A stretch of DNA of 64,000 bases, from contig NC_087245.1 in assembly GCF_037042905.1 (NCBI RefSeq), positions 31,250,001-31,314,000 of the forward strand. Reading direction: 5' to 3'. A program made the translations under genes and the position numbers. Below are positions 13,761-57,100 of this stretch, piece by piece (the stretch's first letter is position 1; every line of letters begins with the position of its first letter). The notes below the pieces were generated by a model, which saw nothing but the letters and a program-made list of their open reading frames with translations, was not told the origin of the DNA and ran no database searches. This DNA comes from Lytechinus pictus (lineage: Eukaryota).

Positions 13761-14099
13761 TTTAGATTTAGTATAAAGGCCTCACGTCAGGCCTAAGTTA
13801 AGGCTATAATCTTATATTAATAGATCTAACTTAACTTAAGTTAGATCTAACGTTAGATCTGTCTAAGTTAGGAATTAGGTCTGTAACTTGTCAAGTCATG
13901 TCAAGTTTTCGTAAATTATGTAACTATTGTAAGGAACATTTGATTAATTATCCATTAATTTTTGTTGGCTTCCTTTTTTGTGAAGGAATTCATATCAAAT
14001 CTTAACAAAACAGCTCAAGTGGGTGGTTATGTTTGCAGCTGTAAGAAACGCTAGACCGTCTCTGCTCTGGTAGTTTGGAAAATTGGCGGTTAACTTGAG

Positions 14100-14533
14100 C
14101 TAGCTAATATCCACTGCTGACTCAACCTAGGCCTAGCCCGCCGAGCGCCCAGCCCGCGGGCCCGGCTCAGGCCTCAGCTTTAGGCTGGCTCTGAAGTCTG
14201 AGCTCTGCACTGCTGCAGCAATTGTTGCAAATGCAAACAATCTGGCAAAAAATTATATTCGATGCCGCATAAATACGCTTACAAATTGCAGAATATAATA
14301 CCTTTTGAAGACCTTGTCGGACTTTTGAATCTTGCCATACTTGAAATGGACGTCATCTTTGTAGAGATTCGCAGATATTTTAATTTTTAGGTCTGCAAAA
14401 ATGTAGCTTTGCCTCTGGCTTTGGAAAGCGTTACTGGCAACGGGAATCCACGGAGGTACCAGGTCAAAGGTTAATGGGGAGGGGCCATCGCGCAGCCAGA
14501 TTGACGACAACTAATTTCTATTCTGTCTACAAA
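14100..14533. promoter_or_regulatory. Probable shared (head-to-head) promoter / 5' UTR region for VPS11 and the minus-strand gene
   Basis: A GC/CpG-rich patch (14125-14180) lies just upstream of the VPS11 ATG, and the two genes diverge from this region. The TSS is not determined. Confidence 0.4.
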
Positions 14534-43621
<29,088 letters not shown>

Positions 43622-44705
43622 AATTCTTCAAATGGCACCAGTACAAAATGGAAATGAACTCATAGACATTGCCAGTTGCTCAATATTGCATTTATCATTG
43701 AGATTATGCTTGAGCTTGATCTTGTTATATTTTACTGTAATTTTTACCTTACTTGAGATGAGAATAAACACTGACTGTTGTATGGTATTGGTTAATCGTA
43801 CGCCATAATAATGTTTATAATTATGTTCAGGTATTTGTTAATTAATTATGTTGATATTATCGATATTTCAGCAATTGGTCTCTGGTCATAGCGTTTATTA
43901 GATACACATGACATTCCTTTATTTGCCTGGAATTACTTGTTTATTTATCAACTCTAGCTGTACATGTATTTTTGTTTGGTTATTGCTTCAAGCTGTAATG
44001 ATAGACCAGTCCGTAGTTACTTCATGGACAATTTTGGTCAAATGACCTTTCATTTCTTTCATTATGATAGGCAGATTTCAAAGCAAGATATTACATAAGC
44101 TTGCCTTACATAGCAGGATGAAGAAATTGAATAGACCAGGTGACTAGAATAGCACACAAATGAACACTTTATGAAGGTATTCGTTGCATTCCTACTTTGA
44201 ATGCATATCATAGCATGTTGCACAATGTACTTGGCAAACTGTGAAATACCAGTGTTCGTGGACTCAATGTTGCTCTTTGTGGATGTGAATGAAAACCACA
44301 ATTCAAAAGAATATATGAATAAACAAGACATCCAGGTTGGTGCTTATCTCATTAGATTTTAAACCACCATGTCACTTTAGTACAAATGACCTTCCTCTGA
44401 TCATGCGTAGAATCGTTTGATCATGCGCAGAAAGGAACTACGAACTGGCTTATTGCTATATTCTATCATAAATTTGAAAAATATTGTATTCTAACACTCA
44501 CCAGTGTGTTTGCAGTAAGTACCAAGTAGGAGATTGGTCTGATTCTGCACATATTGTAGATAATCATATTGAATGCACTTTCTATTTCTTTAACAGATAC
44601 ATTGTATCTATAAATAGTCCAAAATGCAAATTCTTCTTCAGATTTTCAACTACCAGTTCTATCGATTTTTGTTTTGGATGAGACATTCCTCAGCTTTGCT
44701 TGCAG

Positions 44706-45305
44706 GTTTTTTTATACGCCTGTCCAAGACGGGACGTATTCTGGTATCACGCTCGTTGTCTTGTCCGTCTGTCTGTCCGTCTGTTAACTTTTCCTTTAAA
44801 TGCGATAACTTCACTGTGACTTAACCTAGGCTCATATAATTTGGTGTGTATGATACTAGCATGGATCCCAGGAAGCCTATTGATTTTATGGTCAAAAGGT
44901 CAAAGGTAAAGGTCACAGTGACATGTTTTCATCTTAGCCTTCTGCAGTCCTGGTAAACGTGATAAGTTCAGTTTGACTTAACCTAGGCTCGTATAATTTG
45001 ATGTGTATGATACTAGCATGGATCCCAGGAAGCCTATTGATGTTGAGGTCAAGATCAAAGGTCAAGGTCACAGTGACATGTTTTCATCTTAGCCTTCTGC
45101 AGTCCTTGTAAATGCAATAACTTCAGTTTAACTTAACCTAGGCTCATGTAATTTGGTGTGTATGATACTAGCATGGATCCCAGGAAGCCTATTGATTTTG
45201 AGGTCAAAAGGTCAAAGGTCACAGTGACATGCTTTCATTTTACCCTTCTGAAGTCCTTGTACACTCGATAACTCAAATAAGTTGGTGTGTTTGATACTAG
45301 CATGG
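44706..45305. mobile_element. Probable Helentron-associated non-autonomous element (DINE-1/HINE-like) with an internal ~120-bp tandem array
   Basis: Begins TTTTTTATACGCC, followed by a short hairpin, a (GTCY)n microsatellite (TGTCCGTCTGTCTGTCCGTCTG), then about 4 units containing GATACTAGCATGGATCCCAGGAAGCCTATTGA and AGGTCAAAGGTCA. The family assignment is by architecture only. Confidence 0.55.
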
Positions 45306-45724
45306 GTGAAAGTATTCCAGTTTCTCCTATAATGGTTTTTTCGCACCTATCAAACAGAATGCCAGTAGCTCCTATGTAGGTTAGACTCTACAACTGAAGA
45401 AGCATTATACATCATCAATTGTGCAATGAAATATATGTATATTCAAAGATACAATCTTTGAGAAAGTGTCAGTGTACAAGATTGCACTTTTGCAGCTGTA
45501 AAATATTCTGTACTCTTAAGGTGCAATTCTGGGGGCAAACAAGTATAAAAGGGTTCCCAATGATCAAATCATAATTGTGTTTTATTTTCCCTGGCTAACC
45601 ACTTCAGTTATAAGACTGCTCTACTAGCAAACCCTTTATAACATGTAATTATGACACTTCTTCAATCTGAATACTAAGTTCCAAGCAAGATAGCAGAATG
45701 TTCTCCTTTGCTAAGTTCTTGGAA

Positions 45725-45795
45725 GGACTCGGCTGTAGATTGAACCCATGACCTCCTGTTCAAGAGGCAGATGCTCTACCACCGAGCCACCAGGC
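45725..45795 (-). mobile_element. tRNA-derived SINE head or degenerate tRNA-like sequence
   Basis: The minus strand reads GGTGGCTCGGTGGTAGAGCATCTG ... GGTCATGGGTTCAATCTAC, with recognisable Pol III A and B boxes. No clean acceptor stem. Confidence 0.5.
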
Positions 45796-48106
45796 TAGGC
45801 TTGCATATAAAACCTAAGATATGTGCATAATTCATTAGATTTTTGTTTAAAAATTTCATTTTTGCATAATAGCGCATTAATTTCAAAAGGCACAGGTGAC
45901 GCCAAACAAATAATAATAATAATAAAATAATTTTATGTCATGAATCCAACAACATACATTCTTGTATTTTATATGATGAGCTACATGCATACTATGTTTA
46001 GATGAATTGAAGAAATAAGTGAACAAAATTGTAGACACCCCCTTCCCCCACCATATTTTGGGGATTGAAATTGCCCATTCTTTTTTAGCACTAAAAGCAG
46101 TGTTATATAATGGACTATAAACTAATAATCTATAAATGCGAAGAAATTTCATTAAATTCTATTTTTCCTCAAACTTTCTTACAAATCTTAATTCATATTT
46201 TGCAGTGAAACGTAATCATTGATGCACATATGGCATATGTAGCACTTATATACTGATTTTCCCCCCAATTTTTTTCCAACAATAAGGATATTAAGAATAT
46301 GTGACCTAAAATCTGTTTTTCAATGACCATAATTTTGTTTACATTGTTATATAATGTATTTAAGTACATGTATTCCATTTATAACACAGAAACAATCTTT
46401 ATCAAGATACACTGTTGTGTTTTTCAGTTAAAGATATATTAATATTGCATCTTGCCTTTATTATAAGATTAGAACCAGAGATATTTCTCTTTAGTTTGGG
46501 TCAGTGTTTTTTTAATTTTTATAAAACCTATGCTTATCTTCATTTCCTATTATGGAAGTAAATAGCAGAGTTGGAAAGTTATTGTTGATTTTTATATGTT
46601 TAAAAAGAATATTAATACTCATTTATTTGGCATTTGTTGATATTGTCACAGAGGAGAATATAATGTACAAAGTACAATAATGTACAAAAGGTGAATGCAT
46701 GTAAAATTGTAAAGAAATTGATCATGAATATAGTTGAATTAAATATAATTAGAGACTTTACATCTAAAGATGTATCCAAGTATCAATGCCTAATTAAGAA
46801 AATGTAGACTTTGCAGGGAAAAGTGAAAGTTAGACAAATAAATGAGATAAGCATATAGAGAGAAAGAAAGTAACTAGTCGGAGAGAGGGAGATAGTATGA
46901 GAAAAGGATGTGTGAGAGAGAAAGAAAGGGATGTGTGAGGGTGCTTGTGTATGTGTGTGTGTGTGAGAGAGAGAGGGGAGATAATGTGGGGTAAAGGTTG
47001 TATGTGTGTGTGTGTGAGAGAGAGAGAGTGAAAAGGAGAAAGAGAGGGCAGAGGTAGATGGAGAAAGATTGCCCAAGGAACGCAGTTATTAATAATTACC
47101 TCTTATAAAGCACTATTTCAAAAGTTACAAAGCGAAAGCAAAATGACAATAGATTTAGATTGTTTTAATATTAAAGAAAAATGTTCATACACAGACGATG
47201 GGGTGGGGGTAAGGTGATATGGAAAAGAGATAGAAAAGGGGACAGATAGAGGGAATAGATTATGTAGATTTGATGAATAGAAGTTATAGAGGTAACAGAT
47301 TAGAATAAAAGCATTAGAAAATTTCTGCTTTTCTCCTTCTTTTTCTTCTTTTATATGTTTCATTATTTTTTAGAATTAACCATGTGAATCATTAAAATTC
47401 CTGATGACTTAAAAAAACATTTAATATAAAAAGAAGATAACAGTTCTAGCAAAAGAAGAACCGGGGTATAACAAAGATACCGGTATCAATTATAAAGGGC
47501 TCCACTTTTCTCAGATTATTTTATTTAAAAGCAACTGATATATAAATGTTTAAGAGTACATTGGAATCGCATTCAGATAGCAAATTTAATGTTTTTTTCA
47601 TGTTAGTTTGTAAGTACTATGGTCTACCAATAAATTTCAATTTCTTTTTTTGGATATACGGAAAAAGATTACGCACGACGCGGTTCAAATCCCTCGCCAC
47701 AGAGGGAACAATATCCATAATCGCAATCGGAAAGGGGTATTCTTCCGAAACCACTGGCGCTTGTTGTCCAAATCCCGACACTATTCACATTGGTTTATCA
47801 AGCGTGCACTAACAGAATGTAGGTAAATCCATATTAGAAATAGCTGTATTGCAGACAGAATTATTATGAAACCAACTAGCTCGTCACGTCAAAACCGGCG
47901 TCAAAATTATCAGACAAACAGCAGACAACAAAAGCGACGATATTTATCTCGGTGCAACACAAATCGGCGTAAAAGTTCAAGTACTCTTCCATCTTTTAAT
48001 ATAATAATTTGATAAATCAGCACTCTCAGTGGAAGCCGACGACCGAAAGCCTGAAGAAGAGAGAAAAATAACCATTATTCACGAGACATTATAAGCGAAG
48101 GATATT

Positions 48107-51100
48107 ATGTCACTTGATTGTGTAATCGGAACGTTTGCTGGCCTTGGGTTGCAGACGATATTAGTTGGGTTGTTTGGCGCCCTTTTGGTTATCTGGTGTT
48201 TTGGATCGAGAAAACAGACGACATCCAACCTTCCACCGGGACCCACGGGACTACCGCTTTTAGGATACCTGCCCTTCCTCAAACTGCCACCGTTCAAAGG
48301 TCGGAATATAAGAACTTTGCAATCTGTTTGTTTTGAAAGATTATACTGTATTCTTTATCCCATGCATCCCATGCATCCCCGTCCCCTTCTCTCTTTCTTT
48401 CTCAATCTCCTTCGATCCTGTATATGATGTCTTATTTTATTCCCTCGATAATTTTTCCGCCCTGCATCAGTTATGTATGACTGCCTTTTGTATGTCCTAC
48501 CCCCTAATTAATCTTGCATATATATATACCTACAGTAGTCATCAGCATGGTGAAATTGATATTATTGGATAAATGATGATTATAAACCTATAACACTGAG
48601 AATAAATATCTGCGGTTCATATTGGCAGTCGCACAATGTGTATATATGTATAGTTTTATTTCACACATCTTTTTTTTCCGCCGCAATGTTTCACCTAGAA
48701 TAATTGTTCTCTTTTCATTATCGATCAGACACGTCCTCATAAAGCATGTAAAAAGCGGTCTTCGTTATTATTATTTGTCTTTTTGAAAAGCTGTGTTACG
48801 GATAACGAACTTTTACCTCACGTACAACCAAAGCTATGCTTTTGAGTGAATCTCCCATTTCCAATTTTCCACAGATACCTTTTTTTTCTATTTAAATCAT
48901 GTTATATAATTTGTCAACAAGATGTACCATAATTTGTGTATATCTTTACATGTTTATTTTAATTGATGTTGTTGAATATAATTATAATGATAATGATTCG
49001 TATCGTAAATATTTGTTATAAATGTATGAAAATGATTTGTAACAATATTTATGTCATTTCTGTTGGAAATAAAATCTGAATCTGAATAGAAACTGTAAAC
49101 ATTGATTCTCTTTGCAATGCATTACATAAAGGTTTCACACATTTGGCAAAGCAATATGGCGGACTGATCAGCCTCCGACTCGGCACCAAACTATGCGTGG
49201 TCCTCAACGATGTCGACTCGGTCAGGCAATCCCTGATCAAGGAAGCCGATGTCTTCACCGATCGCAACGTCCCCATCGAGTACTCGCTTGCTCTACCATT
49301 AGAAGGTGACGGAATCACAGAAATTATTTTTTTTCAAAAAGGCGCATTTCAAAAAGTAAATTTTTAAGAGAAGGAAGTATTTATTTAATTTCCGCACAAG
49401 ACCACACCCATAACCCTGCGAAGCGTGGTGCCCCCGAGATGTGTCTACTTCATAGTAGGGGATGCTGCGTATGTTAATCGGCAGCACCCCCTGAAAACCA
49501 GATTGGTATGCCAAACTGTAGAATTTTCACCCGTAATCACCTTCATTTTGTAGCGTTTGTAGCGGAAACCCCTTTTTTCTTGTCTAAATTATTTCTGATC
49601 AAAATAAGCTTCATTTTGGAGCAAGAACCTATTTTTTCTTGTCACCCCCTCTTCAAAATTCGTCCCCAGAGCCATGACCACACTCTTATTCATGTTTGAT
49701 CTCTACGTTTTTTCACAATGAAATTGTGCGCCTATAATGGTGTTATATTCGACACTTTTAAAGGATGCAAAACACACCAGAAATTGATGGATGGATGGAT
49801 GGCTGGATGACTTGATTAATAAAATCAATTCTTCTTTCAAAACAATTACCAAGTTTAGTTGAGTATATACCGAACGTATGCGTATTTTAAGGCGGCATAC
49901 ATTTTCTATATAGAGGCATGCATTAACAGATGAAGGAAGACTTAGGAAGATGCCATCACACTTATCATGCTTATAAAGGAGTGGTCCTCCAAGATGCAGA
50001 GAATAGAGCAGAAAGTAGCTTGTCTGATGATGGATTTTAAGTGTCATTCCATACGGTATGCAATACATTATTAGCACTTGAGCAAAGATCACATAAATAT
50101 GAATTTCCGTACTTACGCAATATCTTTACAGGAAGTCTTGCGTTTGCCAGTGGAGACAAATGGAGAGAACTGCGGACGTTCGTCGCCAAGTCGTTCAGAT
50201 TGTTTGAAGTTGAAAAGGAGAAGTTGGAGTCGGTGATCGTGAGAGAGTCGGAGCGACTTTGCAAGGCTTTTCATGATGAAGCAAGCGAAAGGTTCTAAGC
50301 TAAAGCTAGAATAATTATATGCATTCATGATGAATAACATGCTGAACAATTGAAAATATCATTACCACAAGGGATACTAATAAAATACTATTGAAATCTA
50401 GAATCTCTCAAATAGAATGTCACAAAATGAAATCGAGGACAATGACTTTTTGAAAAAGTGATAAACGTAATATAAGAAATCGATTTACGAGTAAAAGAAG
50501 CTGATTTTTTTTTACAATAGTTCTTAATGCTCTCATCTCACTCCAACTCTAATTGTATCATCACACAATTCTCTCCCCCCTCTCTCTCTCTCTCTCCCTC
50601 ATTCTCTTTTATTATCAACTTGTCCCTCTGATCTCCATGTATTTATTTCTCCCCACCATAATGATGACCGCACCAACCTTGGCACCAGCCAATATGGGCC
50701 TGCGGTCTATTCTAAACTTGGTACTCCTTAATTAGTATTGTATAAGTGGGCCTATGCGTTATCTAGTATTTTTTATTTTTGAAATTCATCCTTATTTTCT
50801 TTGTACATACGTTTCTTTACATAATGTATAATTATCAGACTGATTTGATTTTAACATTCGATTGTTAGACAAGAATAAAGACATATTTCCAAACAAAGCG
50901 ATAAGATTCATCATTATCTCATTATTACAATTCAAAGCTTCTCAGGAGGTGATGCCTTTGACCCACATCACATCATCAAGAACGCTGTCTCCAACATCAT
51001 CTGCAGCATCTGTTTTGGTCAAACTTACGAATACTCGGATCCAGAGTTCAAGCATATTCTCACCGTTGTAGGTTCGTATTGAATGTTAAGTCTAACAGAA

Positions 51101-54100
51101 TATTTTAATTCCGATTTATCAACTTATGAACATTCACAGAGAGAAAGAGAGAGAGGGGGGGGGGGTCGGATATAATAACGTCTATGAATAGTAGATAATA
51201 TATGGTTGTTTTTTTTACAATTCGATATACAGGTCATCGTAAGAATTTTTATACCAAAAGAACTCTGTTCTGATAGCAATACGTCGGTTTCATCCAAAAT
51301 TTGATCCATTTGAAACAAAAAAACATAAAAGAATACTACTAAAGATATGACACACTGTTTATTTGATATGAGTAAATTTATGAAAATAATTTGATTAATT
51401 ATTCTGACAGAGGAAAAGAGAGAAGAGAGAGAAAAAATCCAAATCAATCATATTTCAAACTTGTGACTTACCCAGTTTTGAAAGTTGATAACTTTAAGTT
51501 ATACAGAATGAAAATTAGAATATAGGATGTTAATCCCTTAATAAGGGATTAAATGTATTATTTTGCCCCTAATCATTAAATGATTTTAGGGTGGAGTGAG
51601 AGTTGGTATACTGCAAACTCGTGAGAACCTCTATTTCGATACCTTTTTTTTATTCAATTCTAGGAAATTCCTTCCGGAGCTTATCACCGTCTGGGCTCCT
51701 CTTGGTCAGTAGATATTTTTACTATACCCCGCTCTACCGTGAAGTCCGCCACGACCTCGCGATCCTCCAGGACTTCATCCGCGGGATCGTCCAGCGACAC
51801 CAAGAAACTTTTGACCCGGACAACACCCGTGACATCATCGATATGTACCTGGCAGAGGTCAGACAGCTGAAAGAGGATGGAAAAGAAACACACCTTAAGG
51901 TACAAGTTCAAGTTAGAACGGGCGGGTGTTTCGTAAAGCAGTTCGTAAATTACGAATGACTTTAAGCACAACGAATTACTGTTTCTTGTGCTAAATGATA
52001 TATTCCTATGTAAATGACGTACCGTCTAAGAACATTTTCCAGTCGCTTGTGAAGTCCTACGGAACTTTACGAACAGTTTTATGATTCGCCCATCAGATAT
52101 GTACATATATTTTCTTATTTAGTAGTCGGGCACTCATATTTTGTCTCAATCTTTAAATCGGTCTCGAAGGTCTAGGCGTACAGCAAGGTTTTATTATCGG
52201 TCCTCCCGTTTTTCGTTTGTATGATTACTATCTTCATCTCTGTTCTGATTTATTAACCTTTGTTTAATTGTCATCATTGATATCTGGTAAGGATGAACAC
52301 TGACTATCTGTTCTGTTTAATATGTTATAAGGTATTAAATCTGTACTTGTGATTAAAGAAAAATGTATATATATCATGTTAGGAAACAAATACCGATTTT
52401 CAACTTTATAGTTTAATCTCCTTTGGTGTCTCACATAGGAAGAGAATATCTGGAGGGGTGTGTTTGATATCTTCCTCGCTGCTTCTGAATCGATGACGTC
52501 AGCATTGCGTTGGATCTTACTCTACCTTATTGCACACCCCGGGCTACAGAGAAAGGTATTTAAAAATTAATCGGGTATTGTCTTTTTGGAATATTAATAA
52601 TAAGTGATAAAATGCAACCTGATCAGGTGCTCGAGCATCCAAGGATTCCTTCGTAGTGGATAACCATATATTTACCTGGGTGGAGAGTGGCAAATGTAGA
52701 TAAACGCCTGGTCAAAGGACGCGAGTGTCATTGTGGGATTCAAATCCGGGCCTTGTGGTTTGGAGACTTATCCATTGAACCACAACGCGTCTATTGCAAT
52801 CGATTCATACAAATTACATAATGACATTATGTGTCTCATCTATTCATACCGACTACATTAACATATGTGTTCCTATATAAACAGTAAAAGTTGAGGTCAA
52901 TTGACATCGGTTTGGTGCAAGGGGTAGGTTGACGAGAATTGACACCGGTTCGGTGCAAGGGTTGGTTGACGAGAATTGACACCGGTTCGGTGCAAGGGTT
53001 GGTTGACGAGAATTGACACCGGTAAGGTACATGAGTTGGTTGTCGAGAATTGACACCGGTTCGGTACAAGGGTTGGTTGACGAGAATTGACATCGGTTTG
53101 GTTCAAGAGTTGGTTGACGATAATCATGGGTGTCGATCGGTATTCTTGGTTGGGGGGGGGGGAAGATTGACACAAATGTTCTTGTGGATGGGGATCTTTC
53201 AACATTACCCCCAATAAAATCACAAGTTAGGACATTTTGGAGTGGTTGATATGCATGGTGTTCTTGCAGTGGCGTACCGTGAGTCACGGCATTGGGGGGG
53301 GGTACCAGCAAAATTTTTGAGTCACTTAGTGAGCGCGCGAAGCGCGCTCAGTTGCCAGGTATACTGACCTAATAGGGACATTTTAAGGACAGTAAGGCGA
53401 GCGCGAAGCGCGAGCTGAAAATTTTTGATATGCAGACCAAAAAAGGACATTATAAGCAAATTTTTGTAATCATGATACATACCTGTCTCGCTAAACAAAC
53501 AATGCGAGCGCGAAGCGCGAGCTGAAATTTTTGTAAATATTTACCCCAAACAAGGACATGTTAAGGACTATATTTTAGGAATCCATTAAGAGTATACATA
53601 TCTCACCATAGTCATCTAATGCGAGTGCAAAGCGCTTGCTGATTTTGCTACATCTAAACACATGAAGCACTTTTTGTAGTCATTGTAATCATGATAATAC
53701 GCATCTCACTCATCAAATATTGCGAGCGCGAAGCGCGAGCTGAAAATTTAGGATATTTAGACCTGAAGAGAGGCATTCTAAGGCCTGTTTGTAAGAATTC
53801 ACTAAGACCATACGATACGTATTCACTAAACAAATGATGCGATCGAAAAATTTTGATATTCAGATCAGAAAAAGGGACATTTTAAGGACTGCTTTTTAGG
53901 AATTCATGAAGAGCAGTCATATCTCACCAATCTACTAGTGCGAACGTAAGCACGGACAGGAAATGTTTTATATTAACACCTCAAAATGGGGCAATCACTT
54001 TAAGTAGTCATGAAAAAGAACCATATGTCACTACATAAAACAATAATAAGTCGAAGTGCGAGGAATTATATTTGGTGTATATTGACTTAAAAACGTTAAA

Positions 54101-57100
54101 CAGACAATGCGAGTACCGGGAACAATGAAGAAATCTAGGCCTGAGCAAAATAAAGTTATGAAAATATGTTTCTTATGTATTATAACATAACATTATTATA
54201 ATATAACATTATAATGAACAATAATTTCTTTATTCCCACTACGTTTCTCTTCCTTTCTCCCCTTCCCCGTTTTTTTTTGTCCAGCCGATTGGGGGACACG
54301 TGTCCCCATGCCCCCCCCCCCCCCCCGTAGTTACGCCACTGTGTTCTTGGAAATTCTTTCATTATTGCAGTGTACTGTACTTATAATTTTTTTTTGAAAA
54401 TTCAATTTGTATTACAAGTAAGCCTATTCTAAACTCATACGAAAGAAAAAATGACAAAAATTGTCTGGACCATGTACAAAGTGATCTGTTTATTGGACAT
54501 GATGTATACAACTTCTCTCTTAAATCTAACCCGACTGGCGATATATTTTTTCTTCTTAATGCATGATGATAAAATGCAGATTCGGACAAATTAAGACTAG
54601 CACAAATTACAAACTGCGTGGCTTCTCGTGCACCATCGGGCTTACCGTCATTCCTTAGACGATTTTAACCCTGGATTTCAACATGTTTTAAATGCTTTAT
54701 AAGTGCATAAAACAAAAACAAACATAAAAACAATCAAAACTCAACTGTCATGTTATGATATTTCTCCAACATTTTCTTGAACCATCAGTGTGTAATATCA
54801 GCTAATATATGTGTTAAAATGAAATTTACGTACCGCATGAGTGTGCTCATATAGAATGCAAAACTGTCATCCCTTTCCAAACTCAAAAGAGATTTCTTTT
54901 TGCCAAAATAAGAAAGAGCCAATCAAGTTTAGTTATTCAAGTCCATAACAATAACAAGAATAACGTGGGAAAAAATCCGATTTTCATATCCGAAGATACG
55001 CTTTAGAGAGAAATTAATTATTCTTTATTATTCTTTCTGAAAACATTAATTGATTTCACTTATTAAAAATTGTAAAAATATGATCATATTACCACTGGTG
55101 GGATGGAACACCCTATCAACAAAAGTTGTTTGTCGTCGGGGTCCTTTTATGTCATGTGTTAAAAAATATCATATACGTAAACATTTCATTCTTTTTCATC
55201 TTGAACCTCCACCCATCTGTTTAAAAGTCCTGGAAAAGAATGTTTTTATTTAATAACAATATACACAAATTGCGAGGGAAACAAACTGATTGATGGCATA
55301 CTATAATCATCACTATAATCATCATGATCAAACCTTTACATTTTTTCATCATCATTATTATAAATTTTCTACCCTAAATTATTGGGGGGGATGATAATAC
55401 AGGCCATCCCCCCCACTTGAAATATTGGGGGATATATCCCCCATCCCCCCCCCCCCCGTGATCGACACCCATGACGAGAATTAACCCCGGTTTGGTGCAA
55501 GGATTTGTTGACGAGAATTGACCCCGGTTTGGTGCAAGGGTTGGTTGACGAGAATTAACATCGGTTTTGTGCAAGGGTTGGATGACGAGAATTGACACCG
55601 GTTTAGTGCAAGGGTTGGTTGACAAGAATTGACACCGGTTCAGTGCAAGGGTTGGTTGTCGAGAATTAACACCGGTATGGTGCATGAGTTGGTTGTCGAG
55701 AATTGACACCGGTTCGGTGCAAAGGTTGGTTGACGAGAATTGACACCGGTTTGGTGCAAGGGTTGGTTGACGATAATTAACACCAGTTTGGTGCATGAGT
55801 TGGTTGTCGAGAATTGACACTGGTTTGGTGCAAGAATTGGTTGACGAAAATTTACACCGGTTTAGTGCAATGGTTGGTTGACGAGAAGTAACATCGATTT
55901 TGTGCATGGGTTGGTTGACGAGAATTGACACCGGTTTGGTGCAAGGGTTGGTTGACGAGAATTGACACCGGTTTGGTGCAAGGGTTGGTTGACGAGAATT
56001 GACACCGGTTTGGTGCAAGTGGTAGGTTGACGAGAATTGACACTGGTTTGGTGCATGTGATGGTTGACGAGAATTGACACTGGTTTGGTGCATGTGATGG
56101 TTGACGAGAATTGACACTGATTTGGTACAAGGGTTGGTTGACGAGAATCGGCACTAATCGCTGCTTGAAAAAGGCTCCATAAAACATTCTGAAGCTGGAT
56201 GTAGACCAGGTGGGGATGTACATATTTTGACAATGGTTCGACCCGAAAGCTTTGTCTGCTTAGAACGTTAAGTTCCGGTGTCTCTATGGATCTAGTGATG
56301 CATGTCGAGTTTTGAAACAGGATATTATAACTAGGTAGAGACGTTGCGTGCTACCTCTGTGTTCTAGTTTATACTCTGGTAAATGCAGTTCAAAATTTTC
56401 GAGGTTCGTCCTAGCTATATCCCTTGATCCATAAAACGAGTAACTGGATAGCAACGCATGGCCAACGTGAGGTCTCACGATTAATGATCCACATTTTATT
56501 ACCATATTTGGCGATAATTTTGTTTCAATTACAATTTCCAAAACTTGTATTGCCCTTCGATAAACAAAGCAACGACATTTTTATTTTTGCTCTCGTTGCG
56601 CTGCCAAACAAGGCAACAACTGATAGCTGTATTCGAAATATTTGATATGATGTGATTCTTTCTATTCATACAGATACGAGCTGACATTTTGCGAGTCATC
56701 GGGCCGTCTCGTAACCCAACTATCAAAGACCGTGACGAACTCCCGCTCATCGAAGCTACGTGCATGGAAGTCCTTCGACTTCGACCACCGGCTCCTATGG
56801 GCGGTCCCCGACAGGTCAAGCGGGATGTCGAGGTCAAAGGTTATGTCATCCCGGAAGGGACGTTGGTCCTGACTAACGTCTGGCACATTCATCAGAACGC
56901 TGAAAACTGGCAGGATCCGGAGCGGTTTAACCCGAGTCGTTTTTTAAACGAAGATGGAAAGGAATTGGTGAAGAATCCGGCTTTCTTGCCATACGGAGCA
57001 GGTAATCAGGCCACTTTAGAGATTTCTCAGATGACCTCACACAGTGGACGGCATAAGAAACATGAGCCTCAGATCATAAACATTGAATTGTCACGGTTTG

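Noticed and set aside
45725..45795. Functional tRNA gene
   Set aside because: A and B boxes are present but the cloverleaf acceptor stem is not convincing. It is more likely a SINE head.
55474..56155. 37-bp repeat array resembling a CRISPR array, and the long repetitive ORFs over it
   Set aside because: The units are head-to-tail with no unique spacers, there are no cas genes, and the context is a eukaryotic intron. The ORFs arise from a stop-poor repeat unit.
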